Of a stretch of 64,000 nucleotides of DNA, positions 26,538 to 41,482 are shown piece after piece; position 1 is the stretch's first letter, and every line of letters starts with the position of its first letter. The position numbers were made by a program, and so were the translations under genes. The notes beneath the pieces are model-generated. The model worked only from the letters and a program-made list of their open reading frames with translations. It was not told the origin of the DNA and searched no databases. Source of the stretch: Octopus vulgaris (taxonomy: Eukaryota); contig OX597817.1 in NCBI GenBank assembly GCA_951406725.2, positions 79,670,001 to 79,734,000 of the forward strand. The letters are read 5' to 3'.

Positions 26538-27333
26538 TATATATATATGAATACATATACAGATATATAATTGGAAACAAATAGAATTTATCTTTCTGGA
26601 TGATCACAAAGGAACTTCTACAGAAAGTGAAACATCTCCATTTCCCAAAAATCTGTCTGAAATGACCTGCAAACGATTCTCTGCTTTCAATAAAATATGT
26701 TACGAAATAAAATAAAGATAATACAGAAATAAAAAAAAGATGTATATAAAAAAGCATAAATAACTTAAAGATCTCTGCAAGAAAATAAAATAAAATATTA
26801 TAATAATACTAATGATAATAATATGAAAATGAAAGAGAAGAACCAGACGTCTTGTCTTGTCATAGAAAATAATAGAATAAATGATTTTTCATTCAGTTTT
26901 CATTCATATTTCATTCTTCATTACTGGACATGAATGAGATGTAAGAAAAGAAAGAAAAAGAAGTCTTTGAAAAGGTTTCTGCAACTCTATAATATATTTC
27001 CTCTGTTGGAGATATTGGTTAATGTGCTAGGTTTAGAATATGGAAGAGCTGGTCTAGTTCGATGTGAGAAAATGTCTGCTTCATTGGAAACCTTTTTCTC
27101 TTTCCTTTTTTGGTTTGCTTATATCGTCATAAGGATTTTTTTTTTATTTTTCATATATCAATTCGTGAACACTAGTGACGTAGATGGCATGTTTCTAACG
27201 GTGCAATCACTCATTCATGGTATTTTCAATAGCGAACAGAGGAAACAGAGCAAGGGTTTTTTTGAATTTTCATCGCCTCCCTTCGGTCTCTTCACCAAAG
27301 TATATTGATGAAATACATATATTCGCAAATATG

Positions 27334-27393
<60 letters not shown>

Positions 27394-28008
27394 TTTATGT
27401 GTGTGTGTACGTATGTGTATGTGTACGTGTATAAAACTAATGCTTAAAAGTATCACATTTATTAATTAGTTACGATCGTTTCAATAAGTGACAAGATTGT
27501 TATATCAATCAACATAGCGGAATATATGTGTGATATATGTATGTATGTATATATATATACACACACAAACAACAGGGATGTCACGAAGTTGAAGAAAAAT
27601 AGATAAGAATTTAAAACGAGAGGGAAGGGATAATAAATAAGCATTGGAATGAAAATTAAACCAATATTACCATTGTCTTGAAGCAGCTGCATATTATACA
27701 CATTATACGCTCATACTTTAAGTATTATCGAGATTAATTCTTCGCTAGAAGGTATTTTATGTGTGATTTCTATCTCTATAATCAAATAAAGACCACAGAG
27801 ACTAAATAGGCATTTATACACCTTAAGACACAAAACTTACTGAAATTAAATTCATAAAAGTATATAATACTCCCACACCGACATATACATATATATATAT
27901 ATATAGTCATGCATGTTCATATATATGTATACATATTTGTATGTGTGTATATAAATATACATATATGTATGTATGTATGTATGTATATATATATATATCT
28001 ATATCTAT

Positions 28009-28066
<58 letters not shown>

Positions 28067-29974
28067 ACATATATATAAAGGTGTGTATACATATGTGTGT
28101 GTATGGATATGGATATATATAGCATTCATATTCATGTATGCATCTATGAATACATCTTGAAAGTGATAGGGAAATAATAGGATGATAGGAAGATAAAATG
28201 ATTGATTGATTGAGAGAGAGAGAGCAGTAGTAATACTGAATATGTGAGTATTTGTTGAATGTGTGTGCGCGTGCGTGTATATGTATGGAGGGTGGGTATT
28301 TGTACACGAAGCCCCCTAATCAGATATTTGATCTCTAATCAAGATATGCTCAAGTTGATTCCCAAAAATTATTTAGTAATCTCTAGTATTATTATTTACT
28401 ACACTGATAACACTAATGATGCTGCTTTTTTCATTTCATCTTTATTCCATTTCACTTGCGCATTTATTTATTTATTCATTTATTTATTTATTTATATAGT
28501 TTATTTTTTATTCTCTTTATTTTTATTGCATTTTCGTTTTTGATTTCATTACATCTTGTTTTCTTGTATTTCACTTCACATTGTATGTTTTTCGTTCACT
28601 TTACCAATTTTTTAAGTTTTGCCCGACCCACCCATTCCTTTTGGTATTACTTGTTTGTTTGTATTCTTTTACAAACGTTAACTATTTTTTTACTATTTGT
28701 TCATTTTTGTTTCATTGACTATTGTTCTGTTTTTGTGTCTTCATATTTTTGTTCATCTTTCGAAAAATCATTAATCGTTTATTTCTATTGTTCCCTTTTA
28801 TTTACGTTTTCTTTTGTTCATTTTTAATTTTATTTTGTATCGTCTATCTTATGTTTCTTTCACCACATTCTGCTTTTATAAGTCAGAAGTAAAGAAGTAA
28901 TAAAGGCAACCCCAAAATTTATCTTGAGCAATACATCATAATTCTTTTAATTGTTCCTGTTAATGCTTTAATTTATTACGTTTTTCTTTTTTTTTTCTTT
29001 GTTATTCATGACATGAAAAGGCGGCGAACTAACAACAATTGTTAAAGATTTGGAAAAAAATGCCTTGTATTTCTTCAGATTCTCTCCATTCTAAGTTCTA
29101 ATTCTGCCGAAGTTAAATTTGCCTTTCGCGTCTCCGGCGTATATAAAATAAAGTAACTGCTAACAGCTGGGATACGTATTATTGATTAACTCCTTGGAAA
29201 ATTGTTGGGTTTGTGCCTAAATCAGAAAGAATTCTTCATCACTTTTATCGATGGTAGACTGCCACAAACGTTAGAGAGTCAGAAAACTTCAATGAGATAT
29301 TAATATTGTGGTCAAATCCCTCCAAGATTACCTTTGCTTTTCATCCTTTTCAGATGAATTAAACTGTGTCTCAGTCAAGTACTATTGGTCGACAAAATCG
29401 ACAAACTGGGCTCTGAATAGTGTTCCCTCAGACCGTACGACAAGTATTTTTTCGTTGACAGACTTCATCAGCTATGGACACCAGATCTGTAGTTCACAGC
29501 CCATAAAAAATCCCGGTCTTATATATAAACAGTAAATAACACATTTGCTCATGCATGCAAAGCATTGGCAAGTGGGTATTAATTCATTAGAAGCACAAAA
29601 AGTAACGTTGATTGCAATATAGCTGTGCACAATTATATTTCACAATTTCGTCTGAGAGAAAAAATTTTATTGACAATGTTTGTAAAAAAATAGAGAACTG
29701 GAACACAACATCACTAGACCGTATCACACATGTTTCTTCGTCGTTACATTTCATTAGCTACACATATAGAATCTTGTGTTCACAGTCCAATAAGGGCTAC
29801 AGTTCTTATATTAAAGCCACAAGTGAAACATATGTTGGTATGTGCGAAGCTTTGCCAGTCTGAAATTAAGTAGAGGCAGATTAAATTGCGCTTATTGAAA
29901 TATTGGAGTCTCAAATTCCCCTCGGAAGATTGAACACACGTCTTCAAAAGGGAGATAATCTTTCATGGCGAAAA

Positions 29975-30245
29975 AAATTTGAACTCAGAACGTAACGGCA
30001 GACAAAATATATCTTTCTTTACTACCCACAAGGGGCTAAACACAGAGAGGACAAACAAGGACAGACAAACTGATTAAGTCGATTACATCATCCCAAGTGC
30101 GTAACTGGTATTTATTTAATCGACTCCGAAAAGATGAAAAGCAAAGACGACCTCAGCGAAATTTGAACTCAGAACGTAACGGCAGACGAAATACGGCTAC
30201 GCATTTCGCACGGCGTGCTAACGTTTCTGTCACCTCGCCGCCTTC
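29975..30245 (-). mobile_element. SINE family A composite (T1 junction at about 30012)
   Basis: Reverse complement of head-body-T1 followed by the start of a second body. Confidence 0.85.
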
Positions 30246-30849
30246 GCCGCTTTACGTTATTGAAACAATATTGCTTTTTAGATGTTCAGATTTTTCTTCT
30301 TAGATGTTCTAGATAGATCTTTTTAAATCAAATACGATAAAGGAAAAAATATTAACAAGTGGCTCTTGGACTTTTGGATTATGTGTTTCACTGAGTAATT
30401 CATTAGTAAAGTAATTAATTGCTTACTGAGGTTAAATGAACTACAAGTAATTATGTAAAATAATCAAACATGTTCTGTTCGGTTTTTATTTTCCACCAGA
30501 TATTTGGCTTATACATATACATACACATAGGAACACAGACAGATCCATACACATGTATTAACGTGTATATGCAAATAGTTTTTCCTCCAATCATCCGTTG
30601 ATTTCTTAAGATATTAAAACTCTGAGTAACACAGGATATCCAATATTCTATCTTTTAATCCAGTTTTAGAGGCGCAGCTGTGTGTTAAGAAGCTTCTTTT
30701 CCAACCATGTAATCAAGGGTTCTTGCAATAGGTACAGACGTGACCGTGTGATTAACAAGCTTGCTTTCCAATAACGTATCTTCGCTTCAGTCCCACTGTG
30801 TAACACTTTCGGCGCAAGCTTGTCATGAATTCTTACATATATACAATAT

Positions 30850-31140
30850 GTATACAATATTCATGCATACATATATATGTAGCAATCTCTATTTGCATGT
30901 ACTCTTTTCTTGACATCATGTGATTGTTGTAAACGAGCTTCATTGTCATACTAGTGATGTAGTTCGTTGCCAGTTTTCCGTGAAAAAGCATGTGTGGCCA
31001 AGGCAAAGTATTACCTTGGTTGGAAACAGGTGAGGTTTGGCGACAGGAATATCATCTGGTCGTAGAAAATCTGCTTTCTCCAGTTCCTTTTAACCAATGT
31101 AGGCATGGAAGAGCGAGCCTCAACTGAAGATGATGATGAG
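30850..31140 (+). mobile_element. Dispersed repeat ending in a (GAT)n tail; partial reverse copy at about 18712-18860
   Basis: TTACCTTG.TTGGA.ACAGG, ..TAGAAAATCT.C and GCATG.GA motifs shared between the two copies. Confidence 0.55.
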
Positions 31141-32496
31141 GAGGATGAGGAAGAGGAGGAGGAGGAGGAGGAGGAGGGGGAGAAGGATATGCATGCATAC
31201 ATATAGATGTACGTAATGATTTAAAGCAACCACTCGTTTACAGACTACAATATATTGTGTACTGACTTCAAACTGAATATTATGTACATATTCATATTGC
31301 AACATATCGGTTCGCCATCACATGGCTTGTCAGATTATCCACTGTAAGATTTTACAATCTCAATTTAATATACTAAAACATAAGAATTTACTCTTGAAAA
31401 TTTCCCTTATAAACTCAATAACAACGTTTCAAAACTGTAATCAGTGATTATCGTTGGTTGATGCGATAGATGTGATTTTTGGTTGTAAAGTTTTATTATT
31501 TATGTGTGTGACGTTTTTATGGTAAATATGTAAATTTATTAAATATACTGCCTTAGTTTTATGGAAAACGACTGTAAACAGAGAATATTTTGTGTATCTT
31601 TATTATTTTATATTGAAAGAAATGGAGGATAAGTATATTAAATAAGATGTCACTAAAGCGATTATTTTATTTGGAAGTCGTTTAACCAAACTCAATTTGT
31701 AATTTAAACATAATTTAGAAATGAAACTTTCATATTTGAACATCACACAAAAACACTGAACGAGCAGAGTTAATTCCCCCTTGCCATCACATTTGTTGTT
31801 GTATGCTTAGGTAGTCACCAATGCAATCTTGAAGTTACATGATATTTAAAAGAGAAAACAATTTCAAATAATATAATACCTAACTATATTATCGATAAAA
31901 ACAAATTGTTTTAATATAGATATATACAAAATTGAACATAATTTTGCACTGAAAAGTCGATTTCCAAAGAGCATAAAGCTAATATCTAATAAATATATAC
32001 ATCATTTGCTCTAAAGCCTCAATCACACATGCATATATACCTCGTAATGGCAAACTAGTCACTTAAGTCTTCGCTGAGCATGCTAAAAATACAAAGCAAA
32101 ATCTCACCCTATGGGGTAAAGACATATTAGATAAAGTAGTTCTGGGTCTATCTATAAAATAACAGTATAGTTATGGATGGAATGCTTTTGATCACAAGTT
32201 TCATTAACGAAGGTTAATCTAGAGTTAGATAAAAATAGATAATGACAATCAGCGTTTAAAACTTTACAAGCGCAGATAAACAATTGTAAAAGTAATTTAA
32301 TAGTAAATAATACCATCTTTATATATTTTGATTAATTCATCATAGCACTTGCCATATTACCTAAAGAGCCATGTATGAGCGAAACGAATATGCAATACTC
32401 AGCGTCTAATAAACACTCTATCTATTTACCCACAAACTTGTCTATCTACCTATCTATGTCTCTCTCTCTCTCCCTCTCTCTCTCTATCTATCTATC

Positions 32497-32555
<59 letters not shown>

Positions 32556-32564
32556 TTATATATA

Positions 32565-32845
32565 TTCTTTTATTTGTTTCAGTCATTTAACAGCGGCCAT
32601 GCTGGTCCTTTAATCGAACAAATCGACCACCGGACTTATTCTTTGTAAGCCTATTTATTCTATCTTATTCTTATCGATCTCTTTTTGCCGAACCCCTAGT
32701 TTACAAGAACGTAAACACACCGAAATCTACCAAATCCACTCACATGGCTTTGTTCGGCCAGAGGCTATAGTAGAAGACACTTGCCCAAGGTGCCAAACAG
32801 TGGCACCGAACCCGAAACTATGTGGTTGGGAAGCAAACTACTTAC
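32565..32845 (-). mobile_element. SINE family B, internally deleted
   Basis: TAGTAGAAGACACTTGCCCAAGGTGCC and TGTTTCAGTCATTT motifs. Confidence 0.8.
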
Positions 32846-32859
32846 CACACAGACATGCC

Positions 32860-32916
<57 letters not shown>

Positions 32917-33084
32917 CCGTTAAAGTAGGATCAACAAAAACGTATTCCATCCAGTGGAAGATAAAAATCATTTAATGAACACAATATTAAATAAGAAATT
33001 ACTAATAGTTTCTTACTATAAAGACACTGTGACCAGACATGTTTAGGGAACGTGAGTTACATTAAGCACTCTTTCTATATATAT

Positions 33085-33300
33085 CTGGTAAGAAGCTTGC
33101 TTCCCAATTACATGGTTCCGGGTTCAGTCCAACTGCGTTGCACCGGGAGAAAGTGTCTCCTACTCGGGCTGACCAACGCCTTGTGAGCGGATTTGGTAGA
33201 CGGAAACTGAAAGAAATCCATCGTATATGTGTATACATATGTTTATTTATGTGTTGTGTCTGAGTTTCCCCCCCACCACCACCACCACCTGATGCTGCTG
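33085..33300 (+). mobile_element. SINE family B 5' part
   Basis: GGTAAGAAGCTTGCTTCCCAA...GATTTGGTAGACGGAAACTGAAAGAA. Confidence 0.8.
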
Positions 33301-33393
33301 TGTTTATTCATAGCATGCACTGAAGACATGACGTTTTTTTTTAGACAAATAAGTTTATATAAACAATGCAATCGAGGATAGAAAATATAGGTA

Positions 33394-33445
33394 ATGTGTG
33401 TATATGCATATTTCAAGAGTAATTGCTCTCTCGTCAGCAATACAT
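33394..33445 (-). ncRNA. Type I hammerhead motif, intact core
   Basis: ATGTATTG-CTGACGA-GAGAG caatta CTCTT-GAA-ATATGCATAT-A-CACACAT; palindromic helix III. Confidence 0.65.
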
Positions 33446-33529
33446 CCGACCCATAGATGAAACGTCGTTAACTTTCAGCGCTGATTCTGAATTCTATAGA
33501 AAAAAACTGTACAGATTAACTTTGTGTAC

Positions 33530-33561
<32 letters not shown>

Positions 33562-33679
33562 GTGTGTGTGTGTGTCTATTTTTTGATTTTTTAATTGTTT
33601 CAGTCATTTGTCTGCGGCAATGTATCAGTAGTATGATGTGATGAACTCAGCCAGTGTTCTTTTTCGTTTTATACATGTG

Positions 33680-33714
<35 letters not shown>

Positions 33715-34629
33715 GTATGTGTATTGTTGCATGTATGTATATATGTGTGTGCGCATGTGTGTGTGATAGAGAAAGAGAGAGGGGAGGGAGAGGAAGAAGA
33801 AGAAGAAGAAGAAGAAGAAGAAGAAGAAGAAGAAGAAGAAGAAGAAGAAGAAGAATGTGAAGAAGAAGGTATAAATGAGGTTAGTAAAACGTGGGTGTTT
33901 AGTATAAAAAACCAAAATAAAATTATATTGTATATTTACACTATGAATGTCAACTGAAGATGAAAGTGTAGTAAATGTTTGTAGGAAAAACATAGAAAAC
34001 ATGTTTTTAACCTCTTTTCATTTCCTTCCTTCTCCGTACATAAAACATACGTACATACAGTCAGTCAGTCAGAAAACCTGAAACAGATCGAGGTAGTAAA
34101 CATTCTCCGCCCTCTTTATAACATTAAAAACAAATATTTTGACAATAACAGTGTTTTTTATGCATCTACAATCAATATTTAAAGTTAAAATGAAAAGAAA
34201 AGAAAATCATAAACAAAAAAAATTTAAATAGACAAAATATAAAAATTCCTCGAAGGTTAAAGGTAGAAGCAAAAACAATAAAAACGAACAATATATGCTA
34301 AATTCAAATTTCTTTGTGTGAAGAAAACCTTTTCTGTGTTCATATTGATTCTTTTTTGTTTTGTTTTAGTGTTTATTACTCGTTTTATTATATTTGTAAT
34401 TTTATTATATTTTATATGTTCATTCATCTATTTTACTTTTTTATAGTATTTTTTCAAGATGTCTTTATTTTATTTGTATTTTTATTTAATTTTTCATTTT
34501 AGAGCATCTGGTTCAAGATATGTGTATTAAAACACAGCGGTATATATGTTTATATATATATATGCATGTGTGTGTATAATATATATATATATACATATAT
34601 ATATAAACATACACACATACACATATATA

Positions 34630-34689
<60 letters not shown>

Positions 34690-35172
34690 TATATGAACAG
34701 ACGCACATACATATATATATAAATTTATGATGTTTTTTGTATATATGTATATATAAGTCGCTATATTTGAAGAAAGATTTTCTCAGTAAGATATAAAAAC
34801 TATTTTATTAATATATAAAAAATATATAAAAACAGAATGACAGAAATGTATCTATGTATGTAATGTTACATGCACATAATTATGTATGTATGTATGTAAG
34901 TATGTATGTATGTATGTATGTATGTATGTATTTTTTACCTTGTCATTTGACTGCAACTATGTTGCGACACTTGAAGTATTTAACTGCTCAAATCGAACTC
35001 ATTACTTATTTAAGTGTTCTCTCACGCTGTGTGCTGAACTGCAAGGCTACGGAACTATAAACAAAGGGATTGTCAAAGGTGAGATACACCCATCAACACA
35101 CAGATGCACAAGTACACATATACATACATACATACATACATACATACATACATACATACATACATACATACA

Positions 35173-35203
<31 letters not shown>

Positions 35204-35224
35204 CATACATACACACACATATTG

Positions 35225-36415
35225 TTATTATTATTTTGGCTTAGTTCAGGTTCGGTCTTACTCCTGGTAGGTACTATCTGTAACCTTAGGTAACCACAAG
35301 TTTTCAGCTTCTTTCAAGTGCTTAGAACCCTCCTGATAATCTTTGCTGTCCCTAAGAGACAAATTTTCTGTAAGTGGGCCACCGGACATTCTATTCCAAT
35401 TTCCTTAAACCATTTGTCTATACCTTTGTTTACTGTTCCCAACTCACCGATTATTATAGGCACGACCTTTACCGTTCTCATGCTCCAAATTCTTCCCATT
35501 TCAGATTTTAAGGGGCTGTATTTTTTTGTTTTGATTTTGACCCTCTTTCTTTATGAACCTGGAATCAATCGGGTATGATGGGCCCTTCAGCAAGCAAGTC
35601 CGCTTTTCTTTATAATTGTTATGTCCGACCTATTATTTTCTAACTTCTTGTCCGTTTGAATAGGAATAGGAAAGTCCCTCAAAATCTTACATTTCTCCGA
35701 CTCCAGTACTCTTTCAACTCGGTGACTGTACCATGTGTTTCCAGCTTCAAATCCCCATTTCTGACATAGTTTCCAGTGTAAAACCTTTACAACCTGGTCG
35801 AGCCACCATTTCTTATATTCTTACTGTGCCAAATTGGGACATTCTGCCACGATGTATGCCATTATCTCGTTCCAAGTTCCACTGGCTCTCCATTTTGCTG
35901 ACACATTCTCTTCATATACATTTTTCTCAAGTTGTTTGTTTTTATCGCTTGATCATGGGCTGTGACAATTAGGCTCCCCATTTCTTTTTTTTTTTTTTCA
36001 TTACCCCCTTTCTAGCCAAGCCCAGGATTTTGCTCCACATATGTCTTCAGTGCCTCTCAAAAATTGGCCTTGCAAGGGTTTCTCTTCAATCTATCTGACG
36101 GGCTCTCTTATCCATTTCTCTTATCACGCACTTGATCACCTCTTCTATATTTAATGTCTTTAGTAGTTTTTCTATGCTGCTCTGTAAATACTCTACTAGG
36201 CTTTTTCTTTCCATCTGTACACATTCTTCTACTGCTATTTAAGCCTCTTCCACCCTGCTTTCTCCTCAAATACAACCAGTTGATATCAGCTTTCGGATAG
36301 TGGGCTCCGTTCACATTGCCAACACCTTTCTAGTTTTTCTGTCAAGTTTCTTCATATCGTTTTTTAGTCCATATCTGATTAAGGGTACTGCTCTTGAATT
36401 TATTGCTTCAATAAG

Positions 36416-36420
<5 letters not shown>
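35225..36420 (-). mobile_element. R4/Dong-type LINE 3' fragment (post-RT region, knuckle, RLE), disrupted
   Basis: AINSRAVPLIRYG, KLDRKTRK, LYLRRKQGGRGL, LHWKLCQK, QTDKKLENNRSDI, VVPIIIGELG, LQKICLLGTAKIIRRVLST*; (TAA)n at both ends. Confidence 0.88.
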
Positions 36421-36484
<64 letters not shown>

Positions 36485-36485
36485 T

Positions 36486-36695
36486 AAGGCGGTGAGCTGG
36501 CAGGTAAGCTGGCAGAATCGTTAGCACGACGGGTAAAATGCTTAGCAGTAATTTCGTCCGCCTTCACTTCTAAATTCAAATTCCGTCGAGAACGACTTTG
36601 CCTTTTATCTTTTCGGGATCGATGATATAAGTATTAGTTGAGATGTAATCGATTTCTCGCCTCCTCGAAATTTAAGGCCTTGTGCCTATAGTGGA

Positions 36696-36700
<5 letters not shown>
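36486..36700 (+). mobile_element. SINE family A monomer (T2 tail) between (TTA)n tracts
   Basis: AAGGCGGTGAGCTGGCAG head, GGCCTTGTGCCTATAGTGGAAAG tail. Confidence 0.8.
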
Positions 36701-36736
<36 letters not shown>

Positions 36737-36737
<1 letters not shown>

Positions 36738-36920
36738 TTTTTTTTTTTCTTCTTTCAAATTTTCTTCCATTTCTTGCCGAGTGTCTTCCCGACTCCTAGG
36801 GCAAAGAAACTCATAGTGTATATTGGTAGGCCATTAAACCAAACTCAGTAGTTCGTTCATTTCTTTTTTTTTTTTTTTAAGTTAAATTAAAATGCATGAG
36901 CAGCAACAGTTCTCACATCG
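36737..36920 (-). mobile_element. R4/Dong-type 3' UTR-only fragment
   Basis: CCTAGGAGTCGGGAAGACACTCGGCAAGAAATGGAAG matches the UTR motif at 7593-7645. Confidence 0.7.
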
Positions 36921-36979
<59 letters not shown>

Positions 36980-36980
<1 letters not shown>

Positions 36981-37292
36981 GTGTTTTTTCTTCTTTCTTC
37001 AAATTTTCTTCCGTTTCTTGCCGAGTGTTTTCCATACACCTAGGGCAGAGAAGCTCATTGTATGCATTCCCAGATTACACGCGTAAATTCACAGACAAAA
37101 TATGTATTTAAAAATTAATAAATAAATAAATTCATGGATGGATGTTGTTTTCACAGCGATAATGCCCTTCTCTGTGCATGAGCCGTTCCAGTTAATACGA
37201 TTCCTGTAGGAATAGTAAGCCTGGAATCATTTTCAAATAAGTTTCAGTACCTTTTTTATCATTCCTAGTGATCCTACAATCACTGGTACTGT
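36980..37292 (-). mobile_element. R4/Dong-type extreme 3' fragment
   Basis: TVPVIVGSLGMIKK...VLTGTAH..RRALSL*, same UTR motif, (AAT)n tail. Confidence 0.8.
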
Positions 37293-37313
37293 ATTATTAT
37301 TACTATTATAATT

Positions 37314-37870
37314 GAGTGAGAGAGCAGTGCATGCCATCAAAGTGACACTGGGGTAAAATATACGAAGCCCAATATACCCATCATGACTACCCGTCTGATA
37401 AGGGTACACCAGGCACATGCATCACAACCATATGTGCGCGACATGGTGACCTCATATCAAGATAAACAGCACATGACCTTGCAGGTGGGGCCCAGTTAGA
37501 AATTTCTTCAGGTTGAGTAGCCCATCCCGCTCAAAAGGTCCCTGAATAAGGGTTGTTTAAGGATGTTGAAAGAACCACCCATGTTTCCAGAGGTGAATTA
37601 TTCCAACCCCAAAGAATCCCTCTCAACACATGGCTATGATGCTCCCCCACTACTTCTACTTGTGATCAGAGATGCACATATCGTCAGCCACTAAGGGACA
37701 TGCTCAACTGGTTACGGTCAAACAACTGACAAGCAAATCTGTGGTATTGAGCAGAATATTTGCTGTAGCCCATCTTTTATACCAAGACAAAACAATGTAC
37801 ATGATAACACTTCCAATCAGTTAAGATCAGCAGCCATGAGAGCCACTGCCTGGTACTGCATCAGGGCATT
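37314..37870 (-). mobile_element. Full-length family X element in (TAA)n
   Basis: Reverse complement of 5870-6430; very close to the 5513-5810 copy. Confidence 0.88.
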
Positions 37871-37878
37871 TATTATTA

Positions 37879-37942
<64 letters not shown>

Positions 37943-37982
37943 GATTATTATGATTATTATTATTATTATTATTATTATTATT

Positions 37983-38410
37983 GGATACATACAGGCAGGA
38001 AAATAAACGATAACAGACCAGACATCGTCATCAAAAACCTAAAACAAACAAAAAAACACGCCTGTTAATTGATACAACAGTGGCTACTGATAGAAATATC
38101 TCAGCAAAGGGATTTGAAAAACTGTCGAATTATAAGGACCTTGAGACTGAGATACCTAGGACGTGAGAATTAAAAATCAAAAGCATCCCTGTTGCTGTAG
38201 GTACCATGCGAATGATCAAGAAATTTAGTGACAATTTTTTTTTACCAGATCCATGGGAAACCAACAATCTATGAGACTCAAAAAACTGTGTTGACATCAA
38301 CCATCCACATTCTCAGGAAGTTTCTCTCCATCTATATACATGCCGTAGGTATCTGGTTGAGACCTGGTCGAAAGATGAAATAAAACGCAAATCCATCAGA
38401 AAATAATAAA
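37983..38410 (+). mobile_element. R4/Dong-type RLE fragment, disrupted
   Basis: NRPDIVIK, LIDTTVATDRNISAK.FEKLSNYKDLETEI, IPVAVG, QKTVL. Confidence 0.8.
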
Positions 38411-38439
38411 AATAATAATCATTATTATAATAATGAGTT

Positions 38440-38632
38440 CAAACTTTGGCACAACGCCAGCAATTTCGAGAGAGGGGTTTAAATCGATAATATCGACACA
38501 AGCGTTCAACCGGTATTTATTTTGTCGACCCCGTCGACCTCCGCGGAATTTGAACTCAGAATGTAAAGACTGACAAAATACCGCCAAGCATTTTGTCCAG
38601 CGTGCTAACGATTCTACCAGCTCACCGCCTTT
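38440..38632 (-). mobile_element. SINE family A monomer
   Basis: CCAGCTCACCGCCTT and GAATTTGAACTCAGAA motifs. Confidence 0.8.
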
Positions 38633-38799
38633 GTAGCTTGAAATATTGCAATATATCTGCCCACAGTTCAAACAAAACAGAAAATAAAGTCACACACCTC
38701 ACATGGTAATCCAATTTTATTTTTAACCACAAAAACGTCAGAACCCGCCAAATGAATTCAAGGGGTTTGAACATGCGGTGATATTAATGGTGATGAAGA

Positions 38800-38853
38800 G
38801 GATCATGATGGATGATGATGACGATGGTGATGACGACGACCACGACGACGATA

Positions 38854-38890
<37 letters not shown>

Positions 38891-39057
38891 CGACGACGAC
38901 GACAATGATAAAATATAACATTGTCGATGAGAGCAGTAGCGGAGACGTCGACGACGACAATGGCGCTGAAGATGATGATGCTTATGATAATGATTATGCT
39001 GCTGACGAGGAAGTAAGAAAAGAAGAAGAAGAAGAAGAAGAAGAAGAACAACAACAA

Positions 39058-39092
<35 letters not shown>

Positions 39093-39625
39093 ATAACTAC
39101 AGCAGCAGCAACAGCAACAACACATGGAGGGAGGCAAAGATGATAATGACTCGGGCACTTATGATCAAAATGAAGACGATTTTGACTATGTGGTTGATGA
39201 TGACGATAAAGACGATGGTAACGATGATGATGGTAATGATGATGGTAATGCTGAGAGAATGCTGAGATGGTAATGATGATGAGAAGGAAGAGGAGGAGAA
39301 GGATGACGAAGACTATGACCACCACCATGACAACGGTGATGTCAATGACGAAGATGAATATAATAATGATGAAATTTCGTTCTACTATAGACACAAGATC
39401 TGAATTTTTGGTGAAAGGGCAACAGTGATGATGATGATGATGATGATGATGACGATGACGATATTGATGAAGATGATGATGATGATGACGATGATGCTGA
39501 TGCTGCTGCTGCTGATGATGATGATGAAGATGATATGACGATATTAATGATGATCATGATCATGATCGTGATAATCATGATGATCACAACGACGATGATG
39601 ATGATCACGAAGACGATGATGACGG
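38800..39625. repeat. Compound trinucleotide low-complexity region (GAT/GAC/GAA/CAA)
   Basis: Direct reading of the sequence. Confidence 0.9.
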
Positions 39626-40177
39626 CAGTGGTGTTGTTTTGTGTGTGGATGTATAGGCTGTTGGTATGATAAGGAGAACAATCTGTGAGTTAGAACCGAT
39701 GACGATGATGTAAACGCTGCGAGAAATACATCAAAGGAAAAAGGTCAGAAACAAAGAAAAATTGAAGAAAGACTAAATTTATTCCTTTGAAACTATGCGG
39801 ATATATTCAAACAGATGTTAAACGTGACAAAAATAGGTTTAAATGATTGAAAACACTGTCAAGAGACTGAGCGAAAATATTTTGTTAAATTCATCAAATT
39901 GATCTTCGTGATAAGTTAGCATCCCTGTGTCTCCTCTGTTTCGCTTTCGCTAGTTTTAGTTCATTGGACTGCGTTCAAGCTAGAGCATTATCGTTAACGA
40001 ATTTTACTCAGTTATTTTGACAGAGGTTTTTATTTAGAAGCATGGCATTTCTATGGGTCTGTATTGTCTTAGCTACGCTTCAGACAAACGTCATTTGACA
40101 TGATATTTATTGTGCATGCTTATGTACATATATATGCCTCTAATAAAAGAACGAATATTTGTTTGTTTATATTTACA

Positions 40178-40809
<632 letters not shown>

Positions 40810-40856
40810 TGTGTGTGTGTATATATATATATGTGTGTGTATGTATATATAGAGAG

Positions 40857-40915
<59 letters not shown>

Positions 40916-41400
40916 AAGATAGATAGATAGATCATAGTGATGATGATTGTATGCACGTGTATAAATGTATATATATTTACAAGCACAAGCATGCATGCAT
41001 GGATACATACACATGTACATACATACGCACATACATATAGAGATGGCGGCATGCATATACATTCATGCATATATACATGCATACACGCATACAGACAAAA
41101 ATATGTACATACATACACAAGATGTGCTGAGCAACCGAGAAGTGCTTTTGTATCGCACATCAGACGATTTTGCAAGTCCTCCATTTTCAAATTCGTTGTA
41201 ATTTATTTTTATCTTCAGAGTAATTGTTTCGGTTAATAAAGAACAAGCATTATTTTTAAGCTTTCAAGCTAACAGAATCATTACCACGAGATCAGAATGC
41301 TTAGTGGTATATTTTCTGGTTCGATGAACAAGTACCGTTCAAGTGCTGCAGTCAAGTGCTGCGCTTTCCCACAAAACTCCTGGCCAAAATTAGAAAAGAG

Positions 41401-41453
<53 letters not shown>

Positions 41454-41482
41454 CATCATCATCGTTATTATTATTATTATTT

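Noticed and set aside
26934-27308. 124-aa ORF in unique-looking sequence, possible host exon
   Set aside because: No recognisable domain; stops in alternative frames; no convincing splice sites
38738-39608. Poly-M/E/Q/H/S ORFs resembling a low-complexity protein exon
   Set aside because: Compound trinucleotide repeats with stops in the most plausible frame and no domain or clear splice context
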